DNA of 64,000 nucleotides from Methanomassiliicoccaceae archaeon UBA381 (GTDB taxonomy: Archaea; Thermoplasmatota; Thermoplasmata; Methanomassiliicoccales; Methanomethylophilaceae): positions 77,552 to 141,551 of the forward strand of contig DAQS01000006.1 in assembly GCA_002502965.1 (NCBI GenBank), given 5' to 3'. Positions 46,133 through 56,339 of this stretch are shown here, piece by piece. Under the pieces are notes generated by a model. The model saw only the letters and a list, made by a program, of their open reading frames with translations, had not been told where the DNA came from and ran no database searches. Within the stretch, counting starts at the first letter, position 1, and each line of letters opens with the position of its first letter. A program made the translations under genes and the position numbers.

Positions 46133-47739
46133 CTCTTTTCACCGCCCGACTGCTCCCTTTCTATCTCCCTGAATTCATCGATGATCTCTTCAGGCTTCCC
46201 GATCTTGAGTACCCTGCCGCCCTTCATGAGTATGGCTCTGTCACAGCAATTGGTGACGAAATCCATGTCGTGGCTCACCACTATGAACGTTTCCTCCAGG
46301 TCCTTCCTGGCCCTGAGCACCGAATTGGCCACGGTCACCTTCGTTATGGGGTCCATTGTGCCGGTAGGCTCGTCAAGAACGACTATGCGGGGCTCTTTGA
46401 TCAGCACCTGGGCGAAGGCGATCCTCTGGTTCTCTCCCACGGAAAGCGTGTCCGGATAGGAATAGAGCACTTTCTCCACCTGATCCTCCGGAAATCCCAC
46501 ACTGAGGAGCACCTGGATAGCTTTCATCTTGGCAAGCTCGGCCGGCATCTTCATGCCTATGCATGTTGAGAGGTTCTGGAGAACGTTATCGAACGGGTAC
46601 AGGGTGTACTCCTGATGCAGGAACCCTATGTAGGGGGTCACACGGCCCTTTCCGGTGAATCCGGACTCGGCCATGTTTATCCAGTCGTCCCCCAGTTTTA
46701 TCTTGACCGTCCCGCTGGTAGCAGGGGTCATGCCCGCGATCATCCTGGACGTGGTGGTCTTACCGGCTCCTGAGAGCCCGACCAGGGCCACGATCTCATT
46801 CTGCTTGATATCGAATGTGACCCCGTCCACAGCTTTCACCACCCCTCTGACGACCGAGAAGAAGTGCTTCTTGGCATTCTCCAGCTTGATCATCGGTTCG
46901 CCGACGTTGGCGTACTCGTGCTTCTCGAAGTGATACTCCTCCATGAATTTGGATGTCACTTCGCCAGGTTTGCCCTTCATTATCACCTTCCCGGCATCAA
47001 GCCAGATCGCCTCGTCGGCCATCTGGTGCACGGCCTCCGGCCAGTGGGATGCCATCACCATGCATATCCCCCTGTCGTGGACGTATTTCACCAATCTCTT
47101 GTGAACGATGTCCGCCGTATACGGGTCCAGCGTCCCTGTGGGCTCATCCGCCAGGAAGAAGAGCGGGTTCTTGGCCAACTGCCTGGCCATGACCACTCTC
47201 TGCTTCTCTCCTCCGGACAGGTCCCTGGCTATATGGGTTGTCCGGTGGGTCATGTTCACGAAGTCCAGAAGATCGATCGCTCTCTGGACTTTGTCCGGAG
47301 CGTCGCCCAGGGCCTCGAATATATTCTCCACCACAGTATGATCTCCGAACAGAGCGAAGGTCCTCTGCAGCATGATGGCTATGCGGTTCTTCAACTCGTG
47401 CCTTATCGGGTCCCTGTCACCGAGAGCCCAAAAATCCACCCATTTGGTCTTGCTCTCGCCGCCGCATCTTGTGCACGGGACACCCTCAAAGGGCAGATCC
47501 AGGTTGCCGCACTTGGTACAGTGGCTGACATGGTAGAGGACCCTGCCATTATCGGGCCTGTATTCCTCTGTGCCCCTGATCATATGTATGAGCACGCTCT
47601 TGCCTGCCGCGCTCTTCCCTATGAGGCCGAGGATCTTGCCCGTGGACAGCGTGGCGCTTATGTTATCTAGAACGATTCTGCCTTCGAATTCCTTAGTGAC
47701 GTTCTCTATTCTCAGAAGGTCTACCGATTCATGGGCCAT
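46129..47739 (-). CDS. atwA: MCR system component A2 (double ABC ATPase)
   Basis: 536 aa. Two Walker A motifs ([16 protein letters not shown]), two LSGG-like signatures, and a Cys-rich insert CTKCGN...CTRCGG. Confidence 0.9.
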   Translation of the reverse strand: MAHESVDLLRIENVTKEFEGRIVLDNISATLSTGKILGLIGKSAAGKSVLIHMIRGTEEYRPDNGRVLYHVSHCTKCGNLDLPFEGVPCTRCGGESKTKWVDFWALGDRDPIRHELKNRIAIMLQRTFALFGDHTVVENIFEALGDAPDKVQRAIDLLDFVNMTHRTTHIARDLSGGEKQRVVMARQLAKNPLFFLADEPTGTLDPYTADIVHKRLVKYVHDRGICMVMASHWPEAVHQMADEAIWLDAGKVIMKGKPGEVTSKFMEEYHFEKHEYANVGEPMIKLENAKKHFFSVVRGVVKAVDGVTFDIKQNEIVALVGLSGAGKTTTSRMIAGMTPATSGTVKIKLGDDWINMAESGFTGKGRVTPYIGFLHQEYTLYPFDNVLQNLSTCIGMKMPAELAKMKAIQVLLSVGFPEDQVEKVLYSYPDTLSVGENQRIAFAQVLIKEPRIVVLDEPTGTMDPITKVTVANSVLRARKDLEETFIVVSHDMDFVTNCCDRAILMKGGRVLKIGKPEEIIDEFREIEREQSGGEKS

Positions 47740-47859
47740 AACCCCGTTAAGCCTTTACGGTTATAAAATAACGCTGAAATTACCCCTACTAAATTGGATT
47801 GCTGGGTATAATAGGATCTGAAGAAATGCCTGCAACCTCTTATTTACTTTCTGAACCAT

Positions 47860-48837
47860 GTGCAGACTATGTTTGTTTCGATGAGAAGGGGTCAGGGCGG
47901 ACCCATTCCCAAATTCAACGATTACAATCTCTGGAAGGCGATAATCTCCCTCGACGAATTCCTGCCTGTTGGAAGGAAGAAGCTAGCCGGCGCATGCGGC
48001 GTAGGTGAGGGGAGCATGAGGACCATGCTCGGGATGCTTGAAGAGGGGGGTCTCGTCACGATCACGAAGAACGGGATCTGCCTAACTGAGAAAGGGGCCG
48101 AATACAGGAACATGATGTACATGGAGGCTAGGCCCATATCGAAATCCTCTCTGACCATAGGGGAGCATGATTGCGCCGTGAAGGTCCCCTTCGCAGCCAA
48201 GAGGGTGCTCTACGGATGCGAAGAGCGGGACGCCGCCATAATGGCCGGGGCCCTGGGCGCCACCACGCTCATCTGCGTCAACGGCACGCTCAAATTCCCC
48301 GGATCGGACTTCCCTGTTGCCTGGGACATCGATACCGCCATAAGGGAGCGTTTCAAAGTGAGGAACGAGGATGCCTTGATAATCGGCACCGGCCACACTC
48401 CCGAGATGGCGGAGAAGGGCGCCGTGACAGCCGCCATATCCCTTATGGGGGGACTCCCTCTGAAGAGAAGCTTGGGGAATATGCTGAGAACGGACAGCAC
48501 AGCCAACGAGGTTCTGTCCCTAGCCTTCGCGATACATGAGCTCGTGGGCGGGCTTCCCGTATGCGCCAAGAGCCGCGACAACCTGGGCATAAGGATCGAG
48601 AACGGGGCTGTTGTGGACAACGCCTATACGGGGGATATCTTGGAGGAGGTCCTCAGGGAGAACACAACGGTCAGAAGGGTGGCCGAGACGGGGCCCTACA
48701 AAGGTATAAGGGTAATAGTCACCCCCGTGGAGATAGACGGCAAGGTCGTGGCCGCTATAGGTGTGGTCGATATCAGATGCGCCGTCGGCGAGGACAGCCG
48801 CTTCAGATTGGATATGGATCACTCTTTCTCGAAGTAG
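47860..48837 (+). CDS. DUF4443-like domain fused to a C-terminal domain resembling the archaeal DUF2111 family; putative regulator
   Basis: 325 aa. The N-terminal 200 aa are paralogous to ORF 4254..4838. The C-terminal domain (GPYKGIRVIVTPVEIDGKVVAAIGVVD) family name is from memory. It is divergent from the atwA operon. TAG stop. Confidence 0.6.
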   Translation: MQTMFVSMRRGQGGPIPKFNDYNLWKAIISLDEFLPVGRKKLAGACGVGEGSMRTMLGMLEEGGLVTITKNGICLTEKGAEYRNMMYMEARPISKSSLTIGEHDCAVKVPFAAKRVLYGCEERDAAIMAGALGATTLICVNGTLKFPGSDFPVAWDIDTAIRERFKVRNEDALIIGTGHTPEMAEKGAVTAAISLMGGLPLKRSLGNMLRTDSTANEVLSLAFAIHELVGGLPVCAKSRDNLGIRIENGAVVDNAYTGDILEEVLRENTTVRRVAETGPYKGIRVIVTPVEIDGKVVAAIGVVDIRCAVGEDSRFRLDMDHSFSK

Positions 48838-49175
48838 CCTACGGCCTCATCGATCAGATCGGACCATATGAGGCCTGACGGGCCCACCATGTAAGCGACG
48901 ACCTCCATGGCCTCCAATATCTCCTTGTCCGATGCCCCTGCCTCCTTGGCCTTCTCTGAATGATAGGTAAAGCACTTGGAGCACTGGGATGCAGATGAGA
49001 GTGCCAGCGCTATCAATTCCTTCTCTTTCACGGACAGGCTCCCATTCTTGAAGACCTCCCTCCTGTAGGCATAGAGGGCCTTCAGGACCTCTGGATCCTT
49101 CTCATTGAGCATCTTAAGAGACATGATGATGCTGGAAAAACGCCAACATTTAATAATCTGCCCATACAATGCCAT
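48819..49175 (-). CDS. Carboxymuconolactone decarboxylase (AhpD-like) family protein; start uncertain (49175 or 49124)
   Basis: Contains KEKELIALALSSASQCSKCFTYHSEKAKEAGAS, the CxxC AhpD-like motif. Confidence 0.7.
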   Translation of the reverse strand: MALYGQIIKCWRFSSIIMSLKMLNEKDPEVLKALYAYRREVFKNGSLSVKEKELIALALSSASQCSKCFTYHSEKAKEAGASDKEILEAMEVVAYMVGPSGLIWSDLIDEAVGYFEKE

Positions 49176-49178
49176 GAC

Positions 49179-49727
49179 ATGGACGACGGGATAGGTCAGC
49201 TGAACATACTGAATGGTCTCAGAGGCGTGGTCAAGGTATTCTATCTTGACCAGGAGATCTTGAGAAGGATCAAAGAAGAAGAGGCCACCGTCAAGGCTAC
49301 AGGCGGGATAGATGTCCTGAACATGGGTTTCGAGGAGGCCCTAAAAAGAAAGAGGATCGCATGCATAGTCAAGGATCCCCGGTTCAGACCGCCCCCGGAA
49401 CCCACCGTGGTGCTTAGATCCACGGACGGCAAGCTCATGGGCATCGAGGTATTCCCTCATACCGCCAAGGAGTACCGTGACAGAGAAGATGTCGTCTGGC
49501 TCTCTGACGGTTTCATCGTATTCACTGAAGTAAAACCGGGTGATGGGGAAGGCGAGGCATTCGTAATGCCCCCTGTCTCTTTCCCGGAGCTCAACGAAGG
49601 CAACGGCTGCATGAATGTCGTATCATGCAGTCCCGCGCCTACCTGCGACAAGATGATAAGGGAATACGCCGGGATGGAGGACGACCCGCGTCTGGCCTCC
49701 ATACTGGTTGCCTTCGATCCTCTCTAA
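49179..49727 (+). CDS. Hypothetical protein
   Basis: 182-aa ORF. No family recognised. The start is uncertain because it abuts the divergent CMD ORF. Confidence 0.4.
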   Translation: MDDGIGQLNILNGLRGVVKVFYLDQEILRRIKEEEATVKATGGIDVLNMGFEEALKRKRIACIVKDPRFRPPPEPTVVLRSTDGKLMGIEVFPHTAKEYRDREDVVWLSDGFIVFTEVKPGDGEGEAFVMPPVSFPELNEGNGCMNVVSCSPAPTCDKMIREYAGMEDDPRLASILVAFDPL

Positions 49728-50281
49728 TCGACGGTCAGAAGTTCTGCCAGGTCCTTCGCCGTCAGGTAGAGGCTCATATTATCGGTGACTGCGGATATGT
49801 GTGTCACAAGTATCCCGGATGCTGTCTTGGAGAAGATCCCTTTCTTAAGACCCAAAGGCTCATAGGCCCCCTTGTCCAGTTTCACCTTCACAGACTGCAC
49901 GGACCATTGCTCCATCTCCAAGAGCACATCGCTGACGATCCCCACCAGGAGCCCGTCGGAGGATACTATTTTCTTGCCTATGATGAATGACAGGGACGAA
50001 ACGTTATCGTTATCCGCCGAGATCCGGTCCTTGGAATCCTCCAAAGTGTCCCTGAACAGTATAACGTCATTGATCGCATAGTCTCCCGGGCGCACCAGTA
50101 TCATGGACCTTGCGGAACCGGCGCTGATGATCTTGGACACGTCCTTATTGCTTTTGATCTTGAGACCCAGGACGTCCCAGGACACGGGATCGTAGCGAAC
50201 ATCCTGAACATTGCCCAGAAGGTACGCGTCAGAAGATATGACCTCTTTGCCTTTCAGCTCATCCAACGCTATGGTTGCCAT
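49724..50281 (-). CDS. Tandem PRC-barrel domain protein
   Basis: 185 aa. Two repeats of the G(K/K)(E/K)V(I/V)SSD..LLG.V.DV type. Confidence 0.72.
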   Translation of the reverse strand: MATIALDELKGKEVISSDAYLLGNVQDVRYDPVSWDVLGLKIKSNKDVSKIISAGSARSMILVRPGDYAINDVILFRDTLEDSKDRISADNDNVSSLSFIIGKKIVSSDGLLVGIVSDVLLEMEQWSVQSVKVKLDKGAYEPLGLKKGIFSKTASGILVTHISAVTDNMSLYLTAKDLAELLTVD

Positions 50282-50351
50282 GGTTCATTAATCGGGCAAT
50301 TGTTATAAAACCGTGGCGGAGGATTCATACGAATGGCTCTCTGTCAGTTCT

Positions 50352-50371
50352 AAAAATAAAAAATTGAAAAA
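50352..50371 (-). terminator. Oligo-T tract (minus strand CTTTTTCAATTTTTTATTTTTAG) after the mcr operon and the trailing small ORF
   Basis: Read directly. This is an archaeal-type T-tract terminator. Confidence 0.45.
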
Positions 50372-50393
50372 GTAAGTGGTTTGATTGGGGCGT

Positions 50394-50672
50394 TTAACCG
50401 CCGCCGGTTGCGGCCAATTGGGAGATGTCCACGTCCTCGGCGTCCTTCATCTCTTTCTCAAGAGCCTTCAGGGCATCCTTGGAGGACCTTTCCTTCTCCT
50501 TGTACGAGATCGCCTTGTACTCGCTGGCGTCCGCGGGCTGAAGGAAGGCTGCATCATACCAGAGCTGGGTGAAGTCTAGGAAAGCCCAGACCCTGCCGTC
50601 GCTCTCTCTGATGCCGGCCACCTTTCCCACTGTTGACGTCGGGATGTACTTGTAGATCTCGCCAACTTCCAT
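50394..50672 (-). CDS. Small acidic protein of unknown function, translationally linked to mcrA
   Basis: 92 aa. The ATG lies 4 nt after the mcrA TAA. AGGGTG inside the mcrA 3' end could serve as the RBS. Confidence 0.6.
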   Translation of the reverse strand: MEVGEIYKYIPTSTVGKVAGIRESDGRVWAFLDFTQLWYDAAFLQPADASEYKAISYKEKERSSKDALKALEKEMKDAEDVDISQLAATGGG

Positions 50673-50676
50673 GGCC

Positions 50677-52338
50677 TTACACCCTTATGACAGCGGTCCT
50701 CTCGCCTGCAGGCTGGAACTCGCGAAGTCCGCCGCGCCCAATGTCCTTGGTTATGTTCGCGAAGTCGAACACAAGGCTCGGGTCTGCGAACGCAACACGG
50801 ATGAACGGGTTGGCCGTGAAGGCATCTCCGCGGGCAGCGTGGGCCGCCTTGGGTATGCCGGAGTAGCCGGACATGTGTCCGACGTTCATCGCGTAGTTGG
50901 GGTAGTTGGGACCTCTCAGCTCCATGGGGAGACCTTCGTCGGACCTGTAGGAGAACGAGTTGGCGGAACCGCACTGGTCCTGCAAGTCGTATCCGTAGAA
51001 TCCGAGCCTTCCAGTCCTCTCCTTGTGCTGCAGCATGGACAGATACCACATGTTGACACCGCAGTCGGCGTTACCGGTTGCCATGGATCCGGCGATACCG
51101 GATGCCGCGGCTGCGACGGTCGCCCTCTGGGATCCACCGAAGTGGGCCTCCATTGCGGCGGGGTACCTCTCGTACATCTCGAGGGCGTAGGTGTTGACGT
51201 TGTCTCCGAGCTCCATCAGCTTGTCGTAGTTGTTCGGGTCAAGCTTGCAGAAGCCGCCATACTTGTCCTTTATGGTGTCGATGGCGTAGTAGACGTAGTC
51301 CTCCAGGATGTTGTCGGTGTATGCAGCGGATGCATACTGTGTGAAACCGACTCCACCGGACATGTAGCCTCCGAGGTAGATCTGGTCGTAGATGATCGCT
51401 CCGAGTGCGACTGTCTCAAGGGACGCCCTTCCGGGGTCGTCAGGGTTGACACGGTCAGACTGAGCCATGTCTGCCAGGAATCCGAAGGGTATTCCTCCGG
51501 GTTCGTTGGGTCCCCTGGCGCGCCTTGCGGGCATCATCGTACCCATAGGCAGGGACTGGTGCTTCGCAGAGTATGCGAAGTCAGCGATCGCTGCTTCTCC
51601 GGCTGCGAGCCTGTAGGAGGTGATGAACGCCATCGAAATCTGCATCGCTGCGTGTCTCGAGGTGGTCGCACCATCCATGACCCTGCCGACTATGGAGGGA
51701 ACGCGGACTGCCTGCATGAGGGTGGATCCGATCGCCTTCTTCAGCTGGGCCGCGTGGTCCTTGCTGAACAGCTTGTTGATGTCGATGACGAACCTCTTGT
51801 CGAGCTCGTCGATCAGCTCATCGTTCCCGGAGTAGACCTTGACGTACGAGTCGTAGGCAAGGGCGGGGTTTATCTCCGCCATGTGCTCCTGAACGACTGC
51901 TCCGCCGGGCATCGTGTGGTTGACTGCCTCGAGGTACTCGTTGATGGTCTCGGGCGTGACTTCCTTACCAAGCCTCTTTTCGATGGTCTGGTGAGGGGCG
52001 TCCAGTCCGACCAGGATGGTCCTCCTTATGTCATCCCAAGCCTGCTGGATCGCAGGGTTGTTGATGCAGTGCAAGTCGTCGGGCTCCACATAGATGTCCG
52101 TGTGGGACAGCTGGTAGGGCATCCAGGACCTCTGTCCCAGAGGGACACCGATGTCCTGGTTCATCATGGGGATTCCACGTTCTTTAGCGATCTTGTTGGC
52201 CGCCTCTACGAACTCCACTTTCCTCTTGGACTGTCTCCAGCCGCCGAACTTGTAGTACGAGGTGTACTCGTCAGTGGGGTCCTCTTTGAACTTCTTCTTC
52301 ACAGCCGCCATGAACAGCTTCTCTTTGTTTTTGGCCAT
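50677..52338 (-). CDS. mcrA: Methyl-coenzyme M reductase alpha subunit
   Basis: The track ORF starts at a TTG at 52344. The ATG at 52338 gives [21 protein letters not shown]. Typical McrA segments follow, including [21 protein letters not shown] and [10 protein letters not shown]. Confidence 0.97.
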   Translation of the reverse strand: MAKNKEKLFMAAVKKKFKEDPTDEYTSYYKFGGWRQSKRKVEFVEAANKIAKERGIPMMNQDIGVPLGQRSWMPYQLSHTDIYVEPDDLHCINNPAIQQAWDDIRRTILVGLDAPHQTIEKRLGKEVTPETINEYLEAVNHTMPGGAVVQEHMAEINPALAYDSYVKVYSGNDELIDELDKRFVIDINKLFSKDHAAQLKKAIGSTLMQAVRVPSIVGRVMDGATTSRHAAMQISMAFITSYRLAAGEAAIADFAYSAKHQSLPMGTMMPARRARGPNEPGGIPFGFLADMAQSDRVNPDDPGRASLETVALGAIIYDQIYLGGYMSGGVGFTQYASAAYTDNILEDYVYYAIDTIKDKYGGFCKLDPNNYDKLMELGDNVNTYALEMYERYPAAMEAHFGGSQRATVAAAASGIAGSMATGNADCGVNMWYLSMLQHKERTGRLGFYGYDLQDQCGSANSFSYRSDEGLPMELRGPNYPNYAMNVGHMSGYSGIPKAAHAARGDAFTANPFIRVAFADPSLVFDFANITKDIGRGGLREFQPAGERTAVIRV

Positions 52339-52344
52339 GTGCAA

Positions 52345-53118
52345 TCACACTCCCTTAACATTGAAGGGCTGGAAACCAGCGAAGGTCCTCAGCTTGTGTA
52401 TCCTGAGTCCGTACATGGTGACTTCCTTGTCGTCCTTCATATCTACGCCGTCCTCTCTGAAGATCGTGGTCCTCTTCTTGAGGTCCTCCATCTTCGCGGG
52501 CTTTCCGACAGAGATCCTTCTGTCGAGGGGCAGGGCTACCTGATCCTTGACATACACGACCTCTTTGGTCTTGTCGTCCCACTCGTACCTCTGCCATGCG
52601 TCGAACATGAGCCCGTGCTCATCCAGACGGCATGCGTGGCCGTGAACGGTCGCACCCCTGATACCGGTAAGGGCCGGGTCAAAGGTCTCGTTGTCTATCA
52701 TCTCTTTCGCGAGTTTCTCGAGGTCTCTCTCCCTCATCTCGATGATCTGCCTTCCGGACAGGGTACCCGTGTCGAGCCCTCTGTACCTGGACAGATACAT
52801 CCATGCCCTCTGATAGGGCGAGATGGGAGCGAAGTAGACGGAATCCGCGAACTGGATGTACCTTACGCGGTCTCCCTTCTTTGCACCCTCGATTGGTGTC
52901 ACGAGCTGCCTGATGGGGCAGTCAGGTTCGTTACCCTCCTCGATCGGGGGGTGGATGGACTTGTAGTCCTCTCCGGGGTTCCTGTGTCCCATTATCCTGA
53001 CGACGTCATCCATGGGGATGTCGCGCAGTTTCTTCAGGTTCTGTTTCGGATCCAAGTACCTGCGCCTGTTCGCGGCGGGGATACTCTTTCCGGGGTAAAA
53101 TTGTCTCTTGTAAGCCAT
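52345..53118 (-). CDS. mcrG: Methyl-coenzyme M reductase gamma subunit
   Basis: The ATG at 53118 gives MAYKRQFYPGKS, the canonical McrG N-terminus. Confidence 0.95.
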   Translation of the reverse strand: MAYKRQFYPGKSIPAANRRRYLDPKQNLKKLRDIPMDDVVRIMGHRNPGEDYKSIHPPIEEGNEPDCPIRQLVTPIEGAKKGDRVRYIQFADSVYFAPISPYQRAWMYLSRYRGLDTGTLSGRQIIEMRERDLEKLAKEMIDNETFDPALTGIRGATVHGHACRLDEHGLMFDAWQRYEWDDKTKEVVYVKDQVALPLDRRISVGKPAKMEDLKKRTTIFREDGVDMKDDKEVTMYGLRIHKLRTFAGFQPFNVKGV

Positions 53119-53120
53119 AT

Positions 53121-53558
53121 TTAACACCTCAGTTTATAGTCTGAAAGCGTGGGTCTGTATTTCGAGTACCTTCCTACATCTATGGTGAACCCTACTGGGA
53201 TCGCCGTTTTGCAGATCCTGCCGATATCCTCTACCGAGGCATTCAGCATGTCCTCGTTCTCGACCTCGAGCTCAAGGAAGAAATCCCCTACGAGCTTGGT
53301 GAGAAGGATCTCCTGATCTCCGAACTTGATCTTCCTGCGTTCAGGATGATTGTTGTCTATCCCTTTGTTGGGGCCGCTGTTTATCTTAGCGGGGAGATTC
53401 TCGCCTTTCAACGTGATCTGCCTGATGTTGCCCAAAGCCGACAATGCGTTCAGGACCTTCTCTGTAGATTCGGCTCCGAGCAGACGCTCAGTCGTTATCC
53501 TAATCTCGGGAAGCATCTTTCCCGTATACTTTGACTCCGGACTTTGTGTACTCGTCAT
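53121..53558 (-). CDS. mcrD: Methyl-coenzyme M reductase operon protein D
   Basis: 145 aa, lying between mcrB and mcrG. Confidence 0.85.
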   Translation of the reverse strand: MTSTQSPESKYTGKMLPEIRITTERLLGAESTEKVLNALSALGNIRQITLKGENLPAKINSGPNKGIDNNHPERRKIKFGDQEILLTKLVGDFFLELEVENEDMLNASVEDIGRICKTAIPVGFTIDVGRYSKYRPTLSDYKLRC

Positions 53559-53564
53559 ATGACA

Positions 53565-54899
53565 TCACAGCTTTTTCGCTATTTTCTTAGCCTCCGCACC
53601 GACGAACTGCATCGGGGTTCTGAACTCTGGCATGTCTCCGAAGACCTCCTTGAAGGCACCGGACGTAGCCTCTGCGGAGAACGTCTGGGTTCCACCGTCA
53701 AGGCAGTTCGCAGCAGTAACCGCGGGTATCAGGACACCCTTGGAGTGCCTGGTAACGACGTGGTTCCCGTGGAACAGACCGGGTCCGCCTCCTCCGTAAA
53801 TGGAGTGAGAGAAGAAGGACATTCCTACGCAAACACCCATCGAGCGGCCGTAGTCCACAGAGGGGAGTCCGGTCTCGTGCTCGAGAAGATCGTTGTAGTA
53901 CAGTATCGTAGAGGGAGCACCCTGGGCAGCCCTTGCGGCACCGACGTTAACCATAACGGCGGCGACCATTCCGACTGCTGCGTATGCGTTCCACAGCGAA
54001 AGATCGTCGGTGGTGTACACCTTATATCCGCTGGGGAGAGTCTCTTTGACCCTTATGACCCCATCATCGATGGCGGTCTCCATAAGGGACTCTATGACGG
54101 TACCGACCGTTCCGGTCTTTCCGTTCTTCTTGACCATCTTGTAGAGCATGTTGTTCGCGTTAAGTCCCTGGTATGCGAGACCGAGGAGGTGTCCTCTCTC
54201 GAAGGGCCCTATCGCGTCACCCATCTCGAATGCGGCGGTCTGCTCGAATATCGAGGAGAGTGCAACACCCTGCATGGCGTTCCTGCTGACCAGGGCGACC
54301 ACGTGGTTGGACATGATGTTCCTGAGAGCATAGCCTGCACCCTCATTGTTCTGAGGGAGATCCAGGATGGATCTGAGGTTCGTTCCGGCAAATCCGACTG
54401 TCTGAGGGTATCTTCCCCAAACCGCGCCCTTGACCATGTTGGCCTTGTGCATCGGTATGTCGAACTCATCGATTATCGCCTGAACGGTCGCCGCGGCAGT
54501 CACGGTGAATCCCGTTGTGTACTCTACACCAGCGCTCAGTCTCTCTTCAGGTGCTATCACAATCAGGCTCTTTCCGCCTGGTTTGACCTCGACGATGGTT
54601 TCGTCGCCGTCATAGACCTGGACCATGTCCTTGACCGCTTTTGCGATCTTCTCCGCATTCTTGACGAGCGGTATGTCAATCTCTTTGCCTCTGATCTGGG
54701 CTCCGCCGCCGCCGATCACGCCGGTCTTGAGAGATTTCTCAATACCTGCGAGGTTGACAGCCACGGTCCTCTTCGTCATAGCGGCAATCCTTTTGATTGC
54801 TTTGTTGCGCAACGGACTTATGGCTTCAAGGGGCACATCCTTCGCGATGCGCTTTCCCCTGTCGTCATACAGGTCAATTACGTCCTTGTATTTTGGCAT
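53565..54899 (-). CDS. mcrB: Methyl-coenzyme M reductase beta subunit
   Basis: The ATG at 54899 follows GGAGGT and gives [16 protein letters not shown]. Confidence 0.95.
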   Translation of the reverse strand: MPKYKDVIDLYDDRGKRIAKDVPLEAISPLRNKAIKRIAAMTKRTVAVNLAGIEKSLKTGVIGGGGAQIRGKEIDIPLVKNAEKIAKAVKDMVQVYDGDETIVEVKPGGKSLIVIAPEERLSAGVEYTTGFTVTAAATVQAIIDEFDIPMHKANMVKGAVWGRYPQTVGFAGTNLRSILDLPQNNEGAGYALRNIMSNHVVALVSRNAMQGVALSSIFEQTAAFEMGDAIGPFERGHLLGLAYQGLNANNMLYKMVKKNGKTGTVGTVIESLMETAIDDGVIRVKETLPSGYKVYTTDDLSLWNAYAAVGMVAAVMVNVGAARAAQGAPSTILYYNDLLEHETGLPSVDYGRSMGVCVGMSFFSHSIYGGGGPGLFHGNHVVTRHSKGVLIPAVTAANCLDGGTQTFSAEATSGAFKEVFGDMPEFRTPMQFVGAEAKKIAKKL

Positions 54900-55055
54900 T
54901 TCATACCTCCATTCTATATACAACCGAACAAAAGGCAGAACCTTTCGTTCCCCCTTGCAATTTTTGTAAACGAATCAGAGGATATAAAGGAACTAGTTTT
55001 TTGGCTGTGTAAACTATTGTTTATCGGAAAACGTCCAGTTTAGCAAAAAAAGCAC

Positions 55056-55064
55056 ATTTAAAGG
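55056..55064 (-). promoter_or_regulatory. TATA-like element CCTTTAAAT about 157 nt upstream of mcrB; a second one, CCTTTATAT, lies at 54982..54990
   Basis: Read directly. The same 9-mer occurs upstream of the corrinoid protein gene at 63675..63683. Confidence 0.3.
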
Positions 55065-55108
55065 ACATTTTTTTGTGTACACGGCTTGATATATATTGAT
55101 TTTGTTTT

Positions 55109-56335
55109 TCACTTGGATCTGCGCGTTTTGAGTGCATTATTCAGTCTTCCGCCCACTCTTTCAGCATCCATCGTGTACACTTCCAGGCCCGGGACGATCA
55201 TCCTGACCGTAGGGATACCAAGCTCCGGACGGGTGAAATCCACGGCGATCGCGGAATCGAATCCTGAATCCATCAGGGCACCAAGCACCATTTCAATATC
55301 GTCCAGCACATAAGGAGTGGACCTGCTCTCCATTTCCGACAAATCGACGGAATCGGAGGAAGGGCGGTACCACATTGGATTGAGGGCCTTGATCCTATCA
55401 TAGCCTAGCTTCAGTGTGCTCTCCCGCAGCTCTGCATTCACCTTCAGGCCGTGCCTGTGGGATGTTCTGCTCTGCGCCACTTCAGTCAAGGCTCTTACGG
55501 CCGCTATCTCCGGGTCCAAATGGGTCCCCACACCGATCGTCAGCATCTCCGGGTCCTTCGTCCTCACGTCGTCAGCCGCAGCGCCTATGGTGGTTATCCC
55601 TATGTCGCTTGTAAGATCCTTGAGGCTTATCTCCACCCCAGCTTCCGAGAACTTCTCGAGGAGCCTGCCTGGAACAGATTCCGGATCGTCCACTATCACA
55701 TCCCTGCCGGAGCTTTCACGATAATCGGCTATGGACCACGCATCCCGCTCTATCAGTTCGAAAAGTGAATGGAGTATCGCCTCCTCGATCGTGTTCCCGG
55801 ATGCGAGACCGTTCGTGTTGAACCTCATCAGCTGCATGTCGCCGTCAGGATAGTACGGATAGAACGCGGCGCAGGCCGGTACCCATACCTCGGAGCCGCC
55901 GAAGAGGTCGTGCCCTTTCACCCATGCGATCTCCTTTCCCTGCCAGGATGCGAGAGCGTGTTGCGGCAGTATAAGGTCCGGAGGGTAGACTGCGGGACCG
56001 GTCTCCAAAGCCTCCTCGTAAGTGCCGTGGACCACCGTGTCATCCTCCCTTCGCTCGCAGCAATAGCGCTCCATGGCCTCCATTACAGCAGAGGCCATGG
56101 CCTGCTCCGCCGTGGGACCTTTGCCGTTGTAATTGCCGAACGTGCCCTTGGCCGTGCTCTTCCGGTACACAGAGAACACGGGTATGCCCGTATTGTCCCT
56201 GCCGGTGATATCCTCCAAAGGCTCCATTCCCGCTTTGGCCAACAGGGGCGCCGCCTTTCTCACCGTCTCCTCCGGGAGAACTGTCCTTATCCCGGTCCTG
56301 ATATCGGCCTTCGGACATCTGCTCAGCTTCAGCAT
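55109..56335 (-). CDS. ycaO: YcaO-type ATP-dependent amide activator (methanogenesis marker protein 1; McrA thioglycine formation)
   Basis: The ATG at 56335 gives MLKLSRCPKAD. Family segments include NGKGPTAEQAMASAVMEAMERY, NTNGLASGNTIEEAILHSLFELIERDAW and ALTEVAQSR. Confidence 0.9.
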   Translation of the reverse strand: MLKLSRCPKADIRTGIRTVLPEETVRKAAPLLAKAGMEPLEDITGRDNTGIPVFSVYRKSTAKGTFGNYNGKGPTAEQAMASAVMEAMERYCCERREDDTVVHGTYEEALETGPAVYPPDLILPQHALASWQGKEIAWVKGHDLFGGSEVWVPACAAFYPYYPDGDMQLMRFNTNGLASGNTIEEAILHSLFELIERDAWSIADYRESSGRDVIVDDPESVPGRLLEKFSEAGVEISLKDLTSDIGITTIGAAADDVRTKDPEMLTIGVGTHLDPEIAAVRALTEVAQSRTSHRHGLKVNAELRESTLKLGYDRIKALNPMWYRPSSDSVDLSEMESRSTPYVLDDIEMVLGALMDSGFDSAIAVDFTRPELGIPTVRMIVPGLEVYTMDAERVGGRLNNALKTRRSK

Positions 56336-56339
56336 GCTA

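Noticed and set aside
50671-55043. Very long plus-strand ORFs 50671..53124 (817 aa) and 53544..55043 (499 aa)
   Set aside because: They are exactly antisense to mcrA/mcrG and mcrB. Their Val/Gly/Asp/His-rich translations mirror the sense codon bias and have no coding signal of their own.
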